A stretch of DNA of 58,890 nucleotides from a virus (taxonomy: Duplodnaviria; Caudoviricetes), in the IMG/VR virus record IMGVR_UViG_3300044606_000078, positions 1 through 58,890 of that record, one strand, 5' to 3'. Made by a program: the position numbers and the translations under genes. The notes below the pieces were generated by a model, which was not told the origin of the DNA, did not search any database, and saw only the letters and a program-made list of their open reading frames with translations. This document shows, piece after piece, positions 45,225-54,675 of this stretch. Position 1 is the first letter of the stretch, and each line of letters opens with the position of its first letter.

Positions 45225-45615
45225 TCACAATCACCTCGACAGTCGTGGTTTCCTCCGACCCCTCCCGCCGGGCGACGCTCAATCCCCATATCTGCGAATC
45301 GTCCAGGATCACCCCCGCAGCCGCGAGACAATCCTGCACCGACTTTATCCTGTTGTCGCAATCCATCCGCCGCTTCGTCCTCGTCGTCAGGACGATACGG
45401 CATTCGACGCGACCGGGATACGGAGCGTCGCAGAGTCTCCCGCGCCGGAGACAGAGCGACGCCAGCTTTTGCCACTGTTTCGCCGATGCGTCCTTGTACA
45501 CCGTTCGGCGGCCGTAGGAGTACGTATGGTTCACCGACGGCGGCAATCCCGGAATCACGGCGCACACAAGCGAAAGGGCGGCCTCTTTCGACCGCCCCGC
45601 TCCGGTAGTTCTCAT
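44914..45615 (-). CDS. rusA: RusA-family Holliday junction resolvase
   Basis: PPSVN..Y, DCDNRIKSVQDCL..AGVI.DDSQI; the frame stays open past the domain. Confidence 0.85.
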   Translation of the reverse strand: MRTTGAGRSKEAALSLVCAVIPGLPPSVNHTYSYGRRTVYKDASAKQWQKLASLCLRRGRLCDAPYPGRVECRIVLTTRTKRRMDCDNRIKSVQDCLAAAGVILDDSQIWGLSVARREGSEETTTVEVIVIVDPDTSDDCFENRCGHADGDTGAGERASGDGRRHRDGLQQGRCAENANVHNDGKHCRRAQRRGCHPQRTCAGGHGIPSDHGRAHVEAASFRLPQVPEGNEAV

Positions 45616-45714
45616 GTGTCCCGCACCATCTTCCTCGCTATCTCCCTGCACCGCCCCGCCGTTTCAGCGCCCTTCTCAAGCTCAGTCGGACCATCCACGG
45701 CGCGACGCACGATC

Positions 45715-45930
45715 TCACGTTCGGCGCTTGTCAGATCGTCGCTCATGTGTCCGGCCCTTCCAGTCGAACCCGTGTTCCCGCTTCCACTCGTCCATCTGCG
45801 ACTCCATCCGGTTCCTTGTGTCCGACACGTGCCGCAGCCAGAACACGAACGACAGGAACCCGAAGAACGCCACCGCCAGTACGCCGTTCAGCGCGTATTC
45901 CGCCAGATTCAGAATCGTCGCTTCGCTCAT
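45715..45930 (-). CDS. Small membrane protein
   Basis: Single TM segment. Confidence 0.5.
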   Translation of the reverse strand: MSEATILNLAEYALNGVLAVAFFGFLSFVFWLRHVSDTRNRMESQMDEWKREHGFDWKGRTHERRSDKRRT

Positions 45931-45938
45931 GTGTCACC

Positions 45939-46757
45939 TCACGCGGCGTTGTCCCTGAGCGGGCAATCCGGCCAGTGATACGACTTGTACGCTTCCGCCA
46001 TGTCGGTGACGTACCATCCGCGTTCCGTCTCAAGCAGGTCGATAGACCACGATCCACCTACGGCGCGACCGGCCGCACATGCTAGTTCGCGCAACCCTTC
46101 GTTTTCCGGAAACCTGCAAAGGCCCTCATAGTCCAAGTCCTTAGGTGCTTTGCCTTGTTCCAGCGCTTCCACAGGCCAATACGGATGCACGCATCTCACA
46201 ACCCCGTCATCGACGAAAAACCGGAATTCCTTGCAAATGGGCATGTCGTTGTATCCCAGGAATACTCCATACGGCTTGGTCGGAAGGAATTCCCTGACGA
46301 ACCACACGCCCCACGGAATACCAAGAAAACCGGCCAACTCGGAATAGTTCGCTATGGAAAGGATGTGGTCGATGATGTCCGATCCCTTGTCGATGAAGCA
46401 TGTACGTTTCCATTCGTGTTTTCCGGATGTCTGGTCGGTCCTGAGAAAGAACGGATATCCGCCGCACACCGTTTCGCCGAGTTTCGCGATACGACGGGCG
46501 AATTCCGAAAGCGCTTTTTCCTCTTCGTCGCTGCCGCGTTTCCCGTCGAACCTCGCCCAAACAGCCTTAACCGCCAGCTTCGGGATTGGCAACCTCGCCG
46601 TTTTCGGAGTCGGCAATCCGGCGGCTTCGAGCTTCGGCAGCCAATACGACATCGCGGTTTTGTCTTCCTCCGCTTCGTCGTTCTCGTGCTCCTCAAACTT
46701 CTGGATCAATTTATCGTTGTATGCCTTGAGCGCCTCCACGTTGATTCTTTTAGCCAT
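45939..46757 (-). CDS. ATP-grasp (R2K/DUF4343-like) protein
   Basis: PFFLRTD..SGKH.W, VREFL, EFRFFV..G, PYW, WSID......WYVTD. Confidence 0.7.
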   Translation of the reverse strand: MAKRINVEALKAYNDKLIQKFEEHENDEAEEDKTAMSYWLPKLEAAGLPTPKTARLPIPKLAVKAVWARFDGKRGSDEEEKALSEFARRIAKLGETVCGGYPFFLRTDQTSGKHEWKRTCFIDKGSDIIDHILSIANYSELAGFLGIPWGVWFVREFLPTKPYGVFLGYNDMPICKEFRFFVDDGVVRCVHPYWPVEALEQGKAPKDLDYEGLCRFPENEGLRELACAAGRAVGGSWSIDLLETERGWYVTDMAEAYKSYHWPDCPLRDNAA

Positions 46758-47018
46758 TTGATACTCTCTCCCCTCACGCCGCGAGCTTGTAGCGGACGAT
46801 TCGCAGCTCGCGATTGTCGATGAACCGAATGACACTGTCGAACCCATCCTCCGCCCGGAAGTTCTCCCGGAGCTGTTCCCACGCCCACGCCCCGTCGCTT
46901 CCACAAAACACCTCCGCGCACTCGTCCGACAATAGCGAATGCACGAATATCACCGGACGCTTTGCCGGTAGGTACGCCACCGATACGAACTTGTTCCGAA
47001 GCAGATGGTCAGTGTTCG

Positions 47019-47603
47019 TCATATTTTCACCAGCTTTCGATGTTCTTCCGGAAGCGCATCGGCCATCGCAAACGCGATTTCCTGAAACTCGCGAAGCGCC
47101 CTCGACGACGAGCGGAGCTTGTAGATGTGCCGGAACTCCCGCAGGTTGCACGTCAGGATGAGATTCGTCGTGAAGCACTCCGGAAGCAGGTATTTTGCGG
47201 AGTCGTTGCCGCGCTTCCACTGCTCCAGGAAGGACTGCGCGAGGATGTTCTCGATCGCTTCTTCGATGACCGGGGTCCGCAGCACGTCAGACAGACGGAC
47301 CCTTTCGCGCCAGTGTTGCATGTCCAGCGTCTTGCCGAGCGCCCATCTCGTGGACTCCACCGACAGACTGACAAGCCGGTGCCGCGATATTTCCTGCAAC
47401 ACAGCCCTCGATATTCCCTCTATCCGCCACGTCATGACTATGTGCTCGATGACGCTCTCGTGCCCGGAATTGATTATCTTGGTCAGGAAGTTGATCCCGC
47501 CGTCCCACATCCGTTCTTCGAGCTTGTCTACCGACGCCGTGCACGTCAGCGCCGCTTCGACCGCGATTTTCAGCGGCGTGCATTGCAATAGGGTGATGTT
47601 CAT
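47019..47603 (-). CDS. thyX: FAD-dependent thymidylate synthase
   Basis: GHESVIEH, GISRA...EISRHR..SLSVESTR, NLREFRH...LR. Confidence 0.92.
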   Translation of the reverse strand: MNITLLQCTPLKIAVEAALTCTASVDKLEERMWDGGINFLTKIINSGHESVIEHIVMTWRIEGISRAVLQEISRHRLVSLSVESTRWALGKTLDMQHWRERVRLSDVLRTPVIEEAIENILAQSFLEQWKRGNDSAKYLLPECFTTNLILTCNLREFRHIYKLRSSSRALREFQEIAFAMADALPEEHRKLVKI

Positions 47604-47790
47604 CGTCTGCCTCCGTTTCTGCGTATCAGTTCGTCCATGCAAGCACGCTTGAACTGGCGAGAGATATCAACGGCATCGCTCATTCTGGATTGACGTTCTC
47701 TCTCGTCCGCATCGAAACATTCCCGCGCCGACCGTTGGCAACACGAAGCGAAATACCCGATCGCGAACCCGATTGTGATGTACAGGAGAA

Positions 47791-48273
47791 TCATTTCCCG
47801 GTGCTCCCGAATCCGCCGGTTCCCCGCTGCGTGTCCGGCAGCTCGTCCACCTCGACCAGTTCCGCGCGGGCGACGGGGCAGAGAACGAGCTGAGCGATGC
47901 GATCCCCGCGATTGATCCGGCACAGGGCTTCGGTACTGCCGTCAAGAGCAGCAAAAAGGCATTCATGCACGCGTAACTGTGGTGACGTGTTTTCGATGAG
48001 GACTCCGATCTCTCCGCGATAGTCGCTGTCGATGGTCCCGGGCGCGTTCGGAAGCCGGAGCTTCGTTTTGAGGCTCAATCCGGATCGCGGTCTGACTTGA
48101 AGCTCGTACCCTTCCGAGACTGCCGCAGCGAAGCCGAGCTTTATCATCACCGTTTCCCCAGCTTCAATCGTGACGTCAACCGGGCTCGCGACGTCCATTC
48201 CGGACGCTCCCGGCGTCGCATATTCCGGAATGATCGCGTCGGGGCGCAGGCGCTTGAACAGGACCTTAGGCAT
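47791..48273 (-). CDS. dut: Trimeric dUTPase
   Basis: SGMD, RPRSGL, GTIDSDYRGE, GDRIAQL, RGTGGFGSTG. Confidence 0.95.
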   Translation of the reverse strand: MPKVLFKRLRPDAIIPEYATPGASGMDVASPVDVTIEAGETVMIKLGFAAAVSEGYELQVRPRSGLSLKTKLRLPNAPGTIDSDYRGEIGVLIENTSPQLRVHECLFAALDGSTEALCRINRGDRIAQLVLCPVARAELVEVDELPDTQRGTGGFGSTGK

Positions 48274-48747
48274 TCTTTTCTCCCTCCCTGATTTCCCTCA
48301 CGGTCTCTTCGATCAGCCGTTTCGTTTCCTCCGGAGACAGCAACGGACGCTCTCTCAAGCGTCCGATCTTGTAGCCCGCATGGAATCCCACCATGGCCGC
48401 CGCTAATGTGACGGCGAAGGGAACGAAGATGTTCATCGGCGCTTCCCCCTGTGCGTGACAACGATGCGCGGAGGATTCTGGAGCTTCGACGCTACGCAAT
48501 CACACACCTCGTCAAAAGTCTTGCTCCAGTCTTGACGTACTCCCCACGGATAAATCCGGGGGCTTTACGGCGTTTTCTTTGTAATCGCTATTGGGTTTCG
48601 GTTTCTCGCCATCAGAAATGCCGAAACGCTCTCGCAGACCATAACGGATATATAGGTCTGCGATCTTGTTCAACACAGCGATAAGCACTGCCCCGAAGAT
48701 CGATCCGATCACGAACGCAATTCCCGCAATAGTGACCCCGTCGTAGG

Positions 48748-49131
48748 TCATCCCATCGCCCCCTCAAGGAGCCGTTGGGAGCACTCCCTTTTCGTGGCAT
48801 GATCTTTAGGAACTGGCATGAAAGGAAAGCTCTCCGGATGGCGAGAAAAACATCCGCTAAACGCAGACATTAAGCGATTCGCCAGGTTCCACTTACGGCT
48901 AAAGAGCATGGCATGGTTCCACGCTGTAATAGCGTCCTCGTATGTATCGAATTCGGGTCCCATTGCCCGGCAGCACCGACAAAATACTTGGTAGCCTCGT
49001 CCGCACGAAATGACATCCAAAAACGTCCCACCGCATTCTTCACACGCTATTGCATGAGTGATTCGCTCATCCATGGCAACGAACGAATATCCGTGCTCCT
49101 TGCACCAGAGGACGGCCTCCTCGCGTGTCAC
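48748..49131 (-). CDS. Lar-like zinc-finger protein
   Basis: CEECGG...VFCRCCRAMGP....EDAI.AWN. Confidence 0.6.
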   Translation of the reverse strand: MTREEAVLWCKEHGYSFVAMDERITHAIACEECGGTFLDVISCGRGYQVFCRCCRAMGPEFDTYEDAITAWNHAMLFSRKWNLANRLMSAFSGCFSRHPESFPFMPVPKDHATKRECSQRLLEGAMG

Positions 49132-49766
49132 TTCGCACCCTCCCCCAACTCGATCTCCCGTTCCACGCACCTGATGCACTTGCGCAGATCGTCGACGGCC
49201 CCGCCCTTCTTCCCGGCGCGCAGCAGGTACTTCAACGCCATCGTCGAAGCAGGAGTCAGCCGGGCAGACTTCGCGATGTCGAACACGTCGCAGTCGGCGC
49301 CATTGATGCGGAAGCGGTAGTAGGCAGGCGTTGCGGAGTTGTCCGCTTTGTGTGTCTCGCGTTCAGCGCGCTGCTTGACCGCTCGTTCGATGATCCCGTC
49401 TATGTTCTCGAACGGACGAGCTTCCACGTGTTCGTTGCAGCCGTCCGGGAAGTGAACCGTGTGGCCGGCGTCATTGTTGCCGATCGTGATTTTGCATGAC
49501 TGCGCGATGCCAGTCCCCATAAATTGAGCCGGAATTGCCATCGACTTCTTGAGTTTTTCTATATCGCGCCGTATCGCTTGTTTGATCGCTCGCGCGGTGA
49601 TGCTGCACGCGCTTTCCTTCATCAAGTCGATGTTTCTTCCCACCGTTTCATCCGGTAGTCCGAAAGGCATTTTCACAAACGCCTCCGTTCTGTCGTCGTT
49701 GAATGACACGTTAATCGCAATATTGTCTATCACAGAGTCCTTCAAAAAATCCAACAGGTCCTTCAT
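49128..49766 (-). CDS. DUF3310-like C-terminal domain protein
   Basis: PAYY...D..DI...ALKYL.RAGKKG...DDL.K. Confidence 0.7.
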   Translation of the reverse strand: MKDLLDFLKDSVIDNIAINVSFNDDRTEAFVKMPFGLPDETVGRNIDLMKESACSITARAIKQAIRRDIEKLKKSMAIPAQFMGTGIAQSCKITIGNNDAGHTVHFPDGCNEHVEARPFENIDGIIERAVKQRAERETHKADNSATPAYYRFRINGADCDVFDIAKSARLTPASTMALKYLLRAGKKGGAVDDLRKCIRCVEREIELGEGAK

Positions 49767-49777
49767 ACCGGCACCCC

Positions 49778-50182
49778 CTAGAACGGAATCTCAACGTCAT
49801 CACCTGCATCCGCCGGCGCGTCCATCTCTTCCGGCTTCTGAGCATCATCGACCTTCTTCCCGTTCGCCAGAAACCGCACCTCCGACGCAACGATCTCCGT
49901 CACGTACCGCTTCGTCCCGTCCTTCGCGTCGTAGCTCCGCGTCTGGATGCGCCCCTCGACCAGCACAGGACTCCCCTTCTTCAGGTATTTCCCGCAGGCC
50001 TCCGCCACCGCGTTCCACGTTACGATGGGCAGGAAGTCGCACCCCAGATCCTTGCCGTCCTTCCCGTTGCCGCGTCCGCACGCCACCGTGAAGCTCGTGG
50101 TCGACTTCTGGCTCTGCGTGTATCGCGTCTCTGGGTCCTTCGTCAGATTGCCCATGACGACCGCCTTATTGAAACCCCTCAT
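49778..50182 (-). CDS. ssb: Single-stranded DNA-binding protein
   Basis: NK....GNLTKDPE.RYT, LKKGS.V.VEGRIQTRSY, acidic IPF tail. Confidence 0.95.
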   Translation of the reverse strand: MRGFNKAVVMGNLTKDPETRYTQSQKSTTSFTVACGRGNGKDGKDLGCDFLPIVTWNAVAEACGKYLKKGSPVLVEGRIQTRSYDAKDGTKRYVTEIVASEVRFLANGKKVDDAQKPEEMDAPADAGDDVEIPF

Positions 50183-50541
50183 GCGTTCGTTCCCCCCTTA
50201 TTCCTGTTGTGCCTGATGCGCTTCCGACGCCATTCCGCCTTGGCTATCGCGGCGCGGGCTTCGTCAAGTTCGATATCCCCAAAGTTCAAGTTTCGATTTT
50301 GCGCACGTACGGCCGAATTCCACAGCTCAATCCGCTCTACCAGCTTTTTCAGCGCCATCAGAAGCTCCGGCGTGGCAGCGACCAGATGCCCAATTGCAAC
50401 GCACCCTTCAACATCATCGTCTATAACGATGTCGCAAATATCGCGGCTCTCGTCGGCAACGTATACGGTGATTTTCCCTTCGTTGTCTTCGTCGACTGCC
50501 CATGGTCCGTCAGGCTCATATCTCGGATCATCCCAGCTCAC
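50179..50541 (-). CDS. Hypothetical protein (GPW...AA.PELL...AAIAKAE family)
   Basis: Shares motifs with the genes at 54331 and 57951. Confidence 0.65.
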   Translation of the reverse strand: MSWDDPRYEPDGPWAVDEDNEGKITVYVADESRDICDIVIDDDVEGCVAIGHLVAATPELLMALKKLVERIELWNSAVRAQNRNLNFGDIELDEARAAIAKAEWRRKRIRHNRNKGGTNA

Positions 50542-50765
50542 AACTCACACCTCCCCGAACAAATTCCCCTGTTGCTCGTCCTCTATCGCGGCGATTTTAG
50601 CGGCGATGTCCTCCAGTTTCGCGTTGAGATCGTCTCTCTCGTGCTTCAGCACCCCCTGCATCGACGGCAGTTTTGCGCGAAACAACGACATCTCCACGTC
50701 GCACAGGCTGGACTTGATCCTGTTGCGCTCCGAGTACAGCATCGCAAGGTCCGATATGGCCGTGG

Positions 50766-51428
50766 TCATTTCGTATCATCCTTTCCTCCGTCGATCACCC
50801 GGAACCGGCTCACCAAACCGTCGAAATTCACCGCTTCCTTCAAGGCGGTCTCTCCGCTTCCAAGCGCCGGGACGTCGCCGATAGGCTTCCCCGTAGCGGC
50901 ATCTATAGCCGGTGGAATCCATTGCTCGAACCCGGCCGATAGGTTGTTCCGCTCGTGGTACCCCTTCAGCGACTTCGGCACGTTGTTCCATGTCGCATTG
51001 CGTTCCCCCATCCTGTACAGCGCGATGAAATCCTTTTCCCGAAACGGTTCCTCGCTCTCGAGCATCGTCGAACAGAGTTTTTCCCACCCACCCATCCGAT
51101 CGAGACACCAGTGAATGGCAGGGTCGTCGAACCGGACCGAGTTCGTATGCCCGAATCTTCGGATGGCGGTTTTCACCTTGTGCCATGCGGTTAATGCGCG
51201 GTCTTCCTGATTGCCCTTGAGGAATTCGAGAACATCCGACGGCTTGGGGGGATACGGCGAGGTGGAAGCATGGTGCATCAAGGCCCTTTTCACGTCTTCG
51301 AGTTCATATTCCTGTACGAGAAGAAAAAAGAATTTCACGACCTCCGGAGTCGGCCGGTCCGATCTGCACAGGCTATGACACAGCACGAGGCACTCCGTGA
51401 ATGTCCCCAGGTCACGGGTCAGATCCAT
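50766..51428 (-). CDS. Replication-associated protein (DUF6475-like, helicase-loader position)
   Basis: PKPSDV...AW..V..AI...G...SV.FDDP.IH.....MGGW. Confidence 0.75.
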   Translation of the reverse strand: MDLTRDLGTFTECLVLCHSLCRSDRPTPEVVKFFFLLVQEYELEDVKRALMHHASTSPYPPKPSDVLEFLKGNQEDRALTAWHKVKTAIRRFGHTNSVRFDDPAIHWCLDRMGGWEKLCSTMLESEEPFREKDFIALYRMGERNATWNNVPKSLKGYHERNNLSAGFEQWIPPAIDAATGKPIGDVPALGSGETALKEAVNFDGLVSRFRVIDGGKDDTK

Positions 51429-52506
51429 GGGTATCAACCTCCACATCGATGAATTCGGTACGAGACGACGATTCGCCGCGAAGGATCGCGTCGGTTACGG
51501 ACTTCGCATAGTCCTTGACGCTTTGGGGATTCTTCCCGCGCGAGAAGTCGATTTTTCCCCGGTGGTATTTCCCCTCGAACGCCTTGACTATTACGTCCGG
51601 GCGAAGGACAAAATCGAAATCCGGGACCCAGTTCCCGCGTTCGCCGCTGGATCCGTTCAGAAACGGCGATGATGCGAGAAGCTGAAAATATTCGGTCCAC
51701 CATTCGAGATTCGATCGTTCCTTCGATTTGGTCCATGCGGCGTGGATGGCTTTTCGGCGCTTGTCCGTGAGTTCGCGGATTTTCGAAAACGACTTCGGGG
51801 CGCAAATCTCGGCATATAGGTCCTTGATGCGTTCGTAGGGAATGGGGTCGCTTTTATCGGGCGATTTCTTGACCTTTCCCGCTTTCGTCGGTGGAGTTGC
51901 GGATGAGTCCGCGCCAGCGGGCGAAAGGTCTTTTCCTTTTTCCTCTTCAACTTCCTTTTCCACTTCATATTCAAATTCCCTTTCAACTTCCTTTTCAACT
52001 TCAACTTCATATTCAACTTCCAGACATGGTATCTGGACCTCTGAATACCCTTTGATATGGTCTGATATGGTTTGAGATGGTATCGAACCATATACCTGTT
52101 GTTCTATAGGGCTTGAATCCATATCTGACCCTTTGAGGAATTGGTATTTCGACAGGAGAACCCTTCTGAAGGATTGTATTTCGAGCTGGTCGAAAAGAGC
52201 CTGAAGTCCTGATATGACAAGTTTTGATGTCGATGTCTGGTTTTTGATGAAATTTATCAGGAGGATCGATTCCCTATCTTGGAATACCTTGCCGTCTTTA
52301 ACGAATCCAGCAATTATCTTGTCTATTTCCTGTTCCGGGAGCCCTGTTTCATACGCTATTTTCCTGCGAGTTATCGTCAAGACCCCCAGATTGTCAGTAT
52401 GTTCCGAGGAAATGAGGTAGAGATATAGGAGCTTGGCGAACACCGGGAGCCGCTCAATATACGTGTCGCTCCAGAAGTCCATCTTGAGAGTTCTGTATTG
52501 TGCCAT
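51412..52506 (-). CDS. Phage replisome organiser / replication initiator
   Basis: YR.LK.DFWSD...KLLYLYL, IAYETG, low-complexity EVE linker, SPFL.G....W..DFD...R.....K..EGKY. Confidence 0.85.
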   Translation of the reverse strand: MAQYRTLKMDFWSDTYIERLPVFAKLLYLYLISSEHTDNLGVLTITRRKIAYETGLPEQEIDKIIAGFVKDGKVFQDRESILLINFIKNQTSTSKLVISGLQALFDQLEIQSFRRVLLSKYQFLKGSDMDSSPIEQQVYGSIPSQTISDHIKGYSEVQIPCLEVEYEVEVEKEVEREFEYEVEKEVEEEKGKDLSPAGADSSATPPTKAGKVKKSPDKSDPIPYERIKDLYAEICAPKSFSKIRELTDKRRKAIHAAWTKSKERSNLEWWTEYFQLLASSPFLNGSSGERGNWVPDFDFVLRPDVIVKAFEGKYHRGKIDFSRGKNPQSVKDYAKSVTDAILRGESSSRTEFIDVEVDTHGSDP

Positions 52507-52527
52507 TCACATCACTCCATTTGCCAT

Positions 52528-52592
52528 TAGTGCCATAGGCACTATAAGTATACAGTTTATCTGTGGTATTGTCAATAGTGCCGCAGGCAACC
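52528..52592 (-). promoter_or_regulatory. Sigma70 promoter of the replisome organiser flanked by two operators
   Basis: TTGACA(52575-52570)-N17-TATACT(52552-52547); palindrome TAGTGCC-ATA-GGCACTA at 52528-52544; related site at 52576. Confidence 0.7.
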
Positions 52593-52614
52593 ATTAATTA
52601 GGGAGTGGATAACC

Positions 52615-52797
52615 TTGGAAGGTGTTTACAGGACGCAAGTGCGAATCCCCGATGCTGTTTTCGAGAAGTCAAAAATACTCGCATCGATTCATGGCGTTTC
52701 GTTCAACCAGCTTGTCGTTGACCTTTTAACGCAGAAGATATCGACGTGGGAAGCTGGTCATGGTGCGATTCCAACGCTTCCGAAAGAAGATCCATAA
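52615..52797 (+). CDS. Arc-like ribbon-helix-helix protein
   Basis: RTQVRIPDAVFEK...LA...GVSFNQLVVDLL. Confidence 0.65.
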   Translation: MEGVYRTQVRIPDAVFEKSKILASIHGVSFNQLVVDLLTQKISTWEAGHGAIPTLPKEDP

Positions 52798-52900
52798 TAG
52801 CTGAGTTTACAGATCGCTCCGTTGATGCAGCGACGTGCCGAACTGCCGAATAAAGGTCTTCCGGGATTCGTATTTGTCTCCGTACAAGGGCGGCTGCCAT
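52703..52900 (-). CDS. Arc-like ribbon-helix-helix protein
   Basis: RRQIRIPEDLY..V...A....RSVNS.I..LL.EAL. Confidence 0.7.
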   Translation of the reverse strand: MAAALVRRQIRIPEDLYSAVRHVAASTERSVNSAIMDLLSEALESHHDQLPTSISSALKGQRQAG

Positions 52901-52973
52901 TGTCCCATCCCCCTTTCTTGTCGCGTTACCGTCACGGATACCCCTTCGAACGGTATAGCACCCTATAGATACC

Positions 52974-53327
52974 CTATCGATATGGTTTGAAACGGTATCC
53001 GATACCCTTCAGCGCGTTCTCCAACTGCTCGAACTGCTCCGTCGGAGCGCCTATCACCGCGTCTGTGTAGCGGGCACGATACGCATGGTCGAAAATGGAC
53101 TGCGCCGCTTCCGCTATTTTCAGCAGATGCGGCGCGGCCTTGAGCACTTCGGCGATATACGCGCCATGAATCTCTTCCTCCCCGTTGTCCGATTCCGCGC
53201 CGTACGTTTCGATGTACGCGATTTCGGACTCTCCGTCACGGACGCGGACGTTGCACCAACACCTCTCGATCTTGAGCCTGTCGGCATGGATCTTGTCCGA
53301 CAGACTGCGCAGCGTTGCGAGTGTCAT
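52974..53327 (-). CDS. Hypothetical protein
   Basis: Coupled to the methylase stop; AAPHLL motif. Confidence 0.6.
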   Translation of the reverse strand: MTLATLRSLSDKIHADRLKIERCWCNVRVRDGESEIAYIETYGAESDNGEEEIHGAYIAEVLKAAPHLLKIAEAAQSIFDHAYRARYTDAVIGAPTEQFEQLENALKGIGYRFKPYR

Positions 53328-54334
53328 GAGGCTTCCTCCATTTCGAAAAGCGGCAATGTTTCCGAAAACAGGCAATGCGGCGAAAACCAGACTCGTTCAC
53401 GCGCCGAGTTATCGCGCCCCTGCCCCGTTCCCTGATTTCCGTATCCACCAACGGCTTTCCACGCCACAGCCTTCCAGCTTGCAGGGAATTCGTGTTCCCC
53501 TTCGTAGCCGCACAAGGCAATCCGCATTAGGGGATCTTCGCCGCGCTCGATAGCCCATCGAACAACGTCGTGTGATATTTCAAGGTCATCATAGGCATAG
53601 ACGGCTTCCCCTCTGTTTGAAGCTGCCGAATAGGGTGGATCAAGAAAAACTCCGGTAAGACCTATCTTCGTTGTGGGGGAAAACCCGCACACGCGCGACC
53701 AGTCGCCGCAACAAACGCGGACATCTCGCAACCGTTCCGAAAGCAACCGGAGCCAATCCAAAACGATATTGCACTTGCGATTCACACCCCTACCCGAATT
53801 GCCAATATCCGGCAACTGCCTGTTTATGCCCCTGACCCTATCTCCAACGTGCGGCAGTTTACGGCTTATTTCACCTTCGCCATCTTTTTTAAGCACCAGC
53901 CTCCCCCCCATCTGAACCCACGGCCCTTTCCCTGAGCACCACCCGCTGCCAATCCATGAACACAACCCCCAGCACCACCACCCGGCTATTTTGGGATCGT
54001 AAAAATCGGGATCTCCTTCGAGCCGGGATACAAAGCGCTCTTTCTGCGCAACAAGCCAGGCATGCCGGGCGTGAAGGTCGTTTTCGTTGACCGGCCAATC
54101 GACGAAGTGCGCGACCGCTTCCGGGTCAGCGGCCACCGACCTCCAGAAGTTGGCTACATATCCGTCCTTGTCGTTGACCGTCTCCGTTCTGGCAGGATTC
54201 GGACATCCGAGAAGCACCGCACCGCTACCAAAAAACGGCTCTACGTAATTTTGCACAGGGCCGAACCTCTCCCAAACGAGCGAGGCAACCCTTGATTTCC
54301 CGCCGAACCACGGGAAGGGCGCTTGAAGCGTCAA
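53324..54334 (-). CDS. DNA adenine methyltransferase (Dam/D12-like)
   Basis: PFPWFGGKS, YVEPFFGSGAV, FLDPPY. Confidence 0.9.
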   Translation of the reverse strand: MTLQAPFPWFGGKSRVASLVWERFGPVQNYVEPFFGSGAVLLGCPNPARTETVNDKDGYVANFWRSVAADPEAVAHFVDWPVNENDLHARHAWLVAQKERFVSRLEGDPDFYDPKIAGWWCWGLCSWIGSGWCSGKGPWVQMGGRLVLKKDGEGEISRKLPHVGDRVRGINRQLPDIGNSGRGVNRKCNIVLDWLRLLSERLRDVRVCCGDWSRVCGFSPTTKIGLTGVFLDPPYSAASNRGEAVYAYDDLEISHDVVRWAIERGEDPLMRIALCGYEGEHEFPASWKAVAWKAVGGYGNQGTGQGRDNSARERVWFSPHCLFSETLPLFEMEEAS

Positions 54335-54675
54335 TCCTCCACCCCCTCCTGCAATGCGAAGGCGGCGAGTATCCCCTCCGCCTTGGCAATGGCGGCCTTC
54401 GTAAGAGCCAGCGCGTATAGGCGCTTCTCATTCCCAGGGTTCGGATCATCCAATACCATAAAGTTGTACTTCAGCGCGGCGAGCATGTCCGGCGCGGCGG
54501 CAATCACCATCCCGTTGGCCTTGCATGGCATCTTCGTTGATACCAATGGCGGGATATCCGGACCTGTCTCCGTATTGACGTTGGCGATAATGTTTTCATG
54601 GGAGTCAACAACGAGCCCCCATCCAGACGCGAGTTTACTTTCACTGAACTTCCACGGTCCCGGCGTGTGTGTCAT
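54331..54675 (-). CDS. Hypothetical protein (HTPGPW family)
   Basis: MTHTPGPW...AAPDMLAALK...AAIAKAEG. Confidence 0.7.
   Translation of the reverse strand: MTHTPGPWKFSESKLASGWGLVVDSHENIIANVNTETGPDIPPLVSTKMPCKANGMVIAAAPDMLAALKYNFMVLDDPNPGNEKRLYALALTKAAIAKAEGILAAFALQEGVED

Larger units (their letters stand above)
41384..45936 (+). repeat. Dispersed co-oriented CATGTGTCC motif array
   Basis: 18 exact copies counted, plus variants, all on the + strand. Confidence 0.9.
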
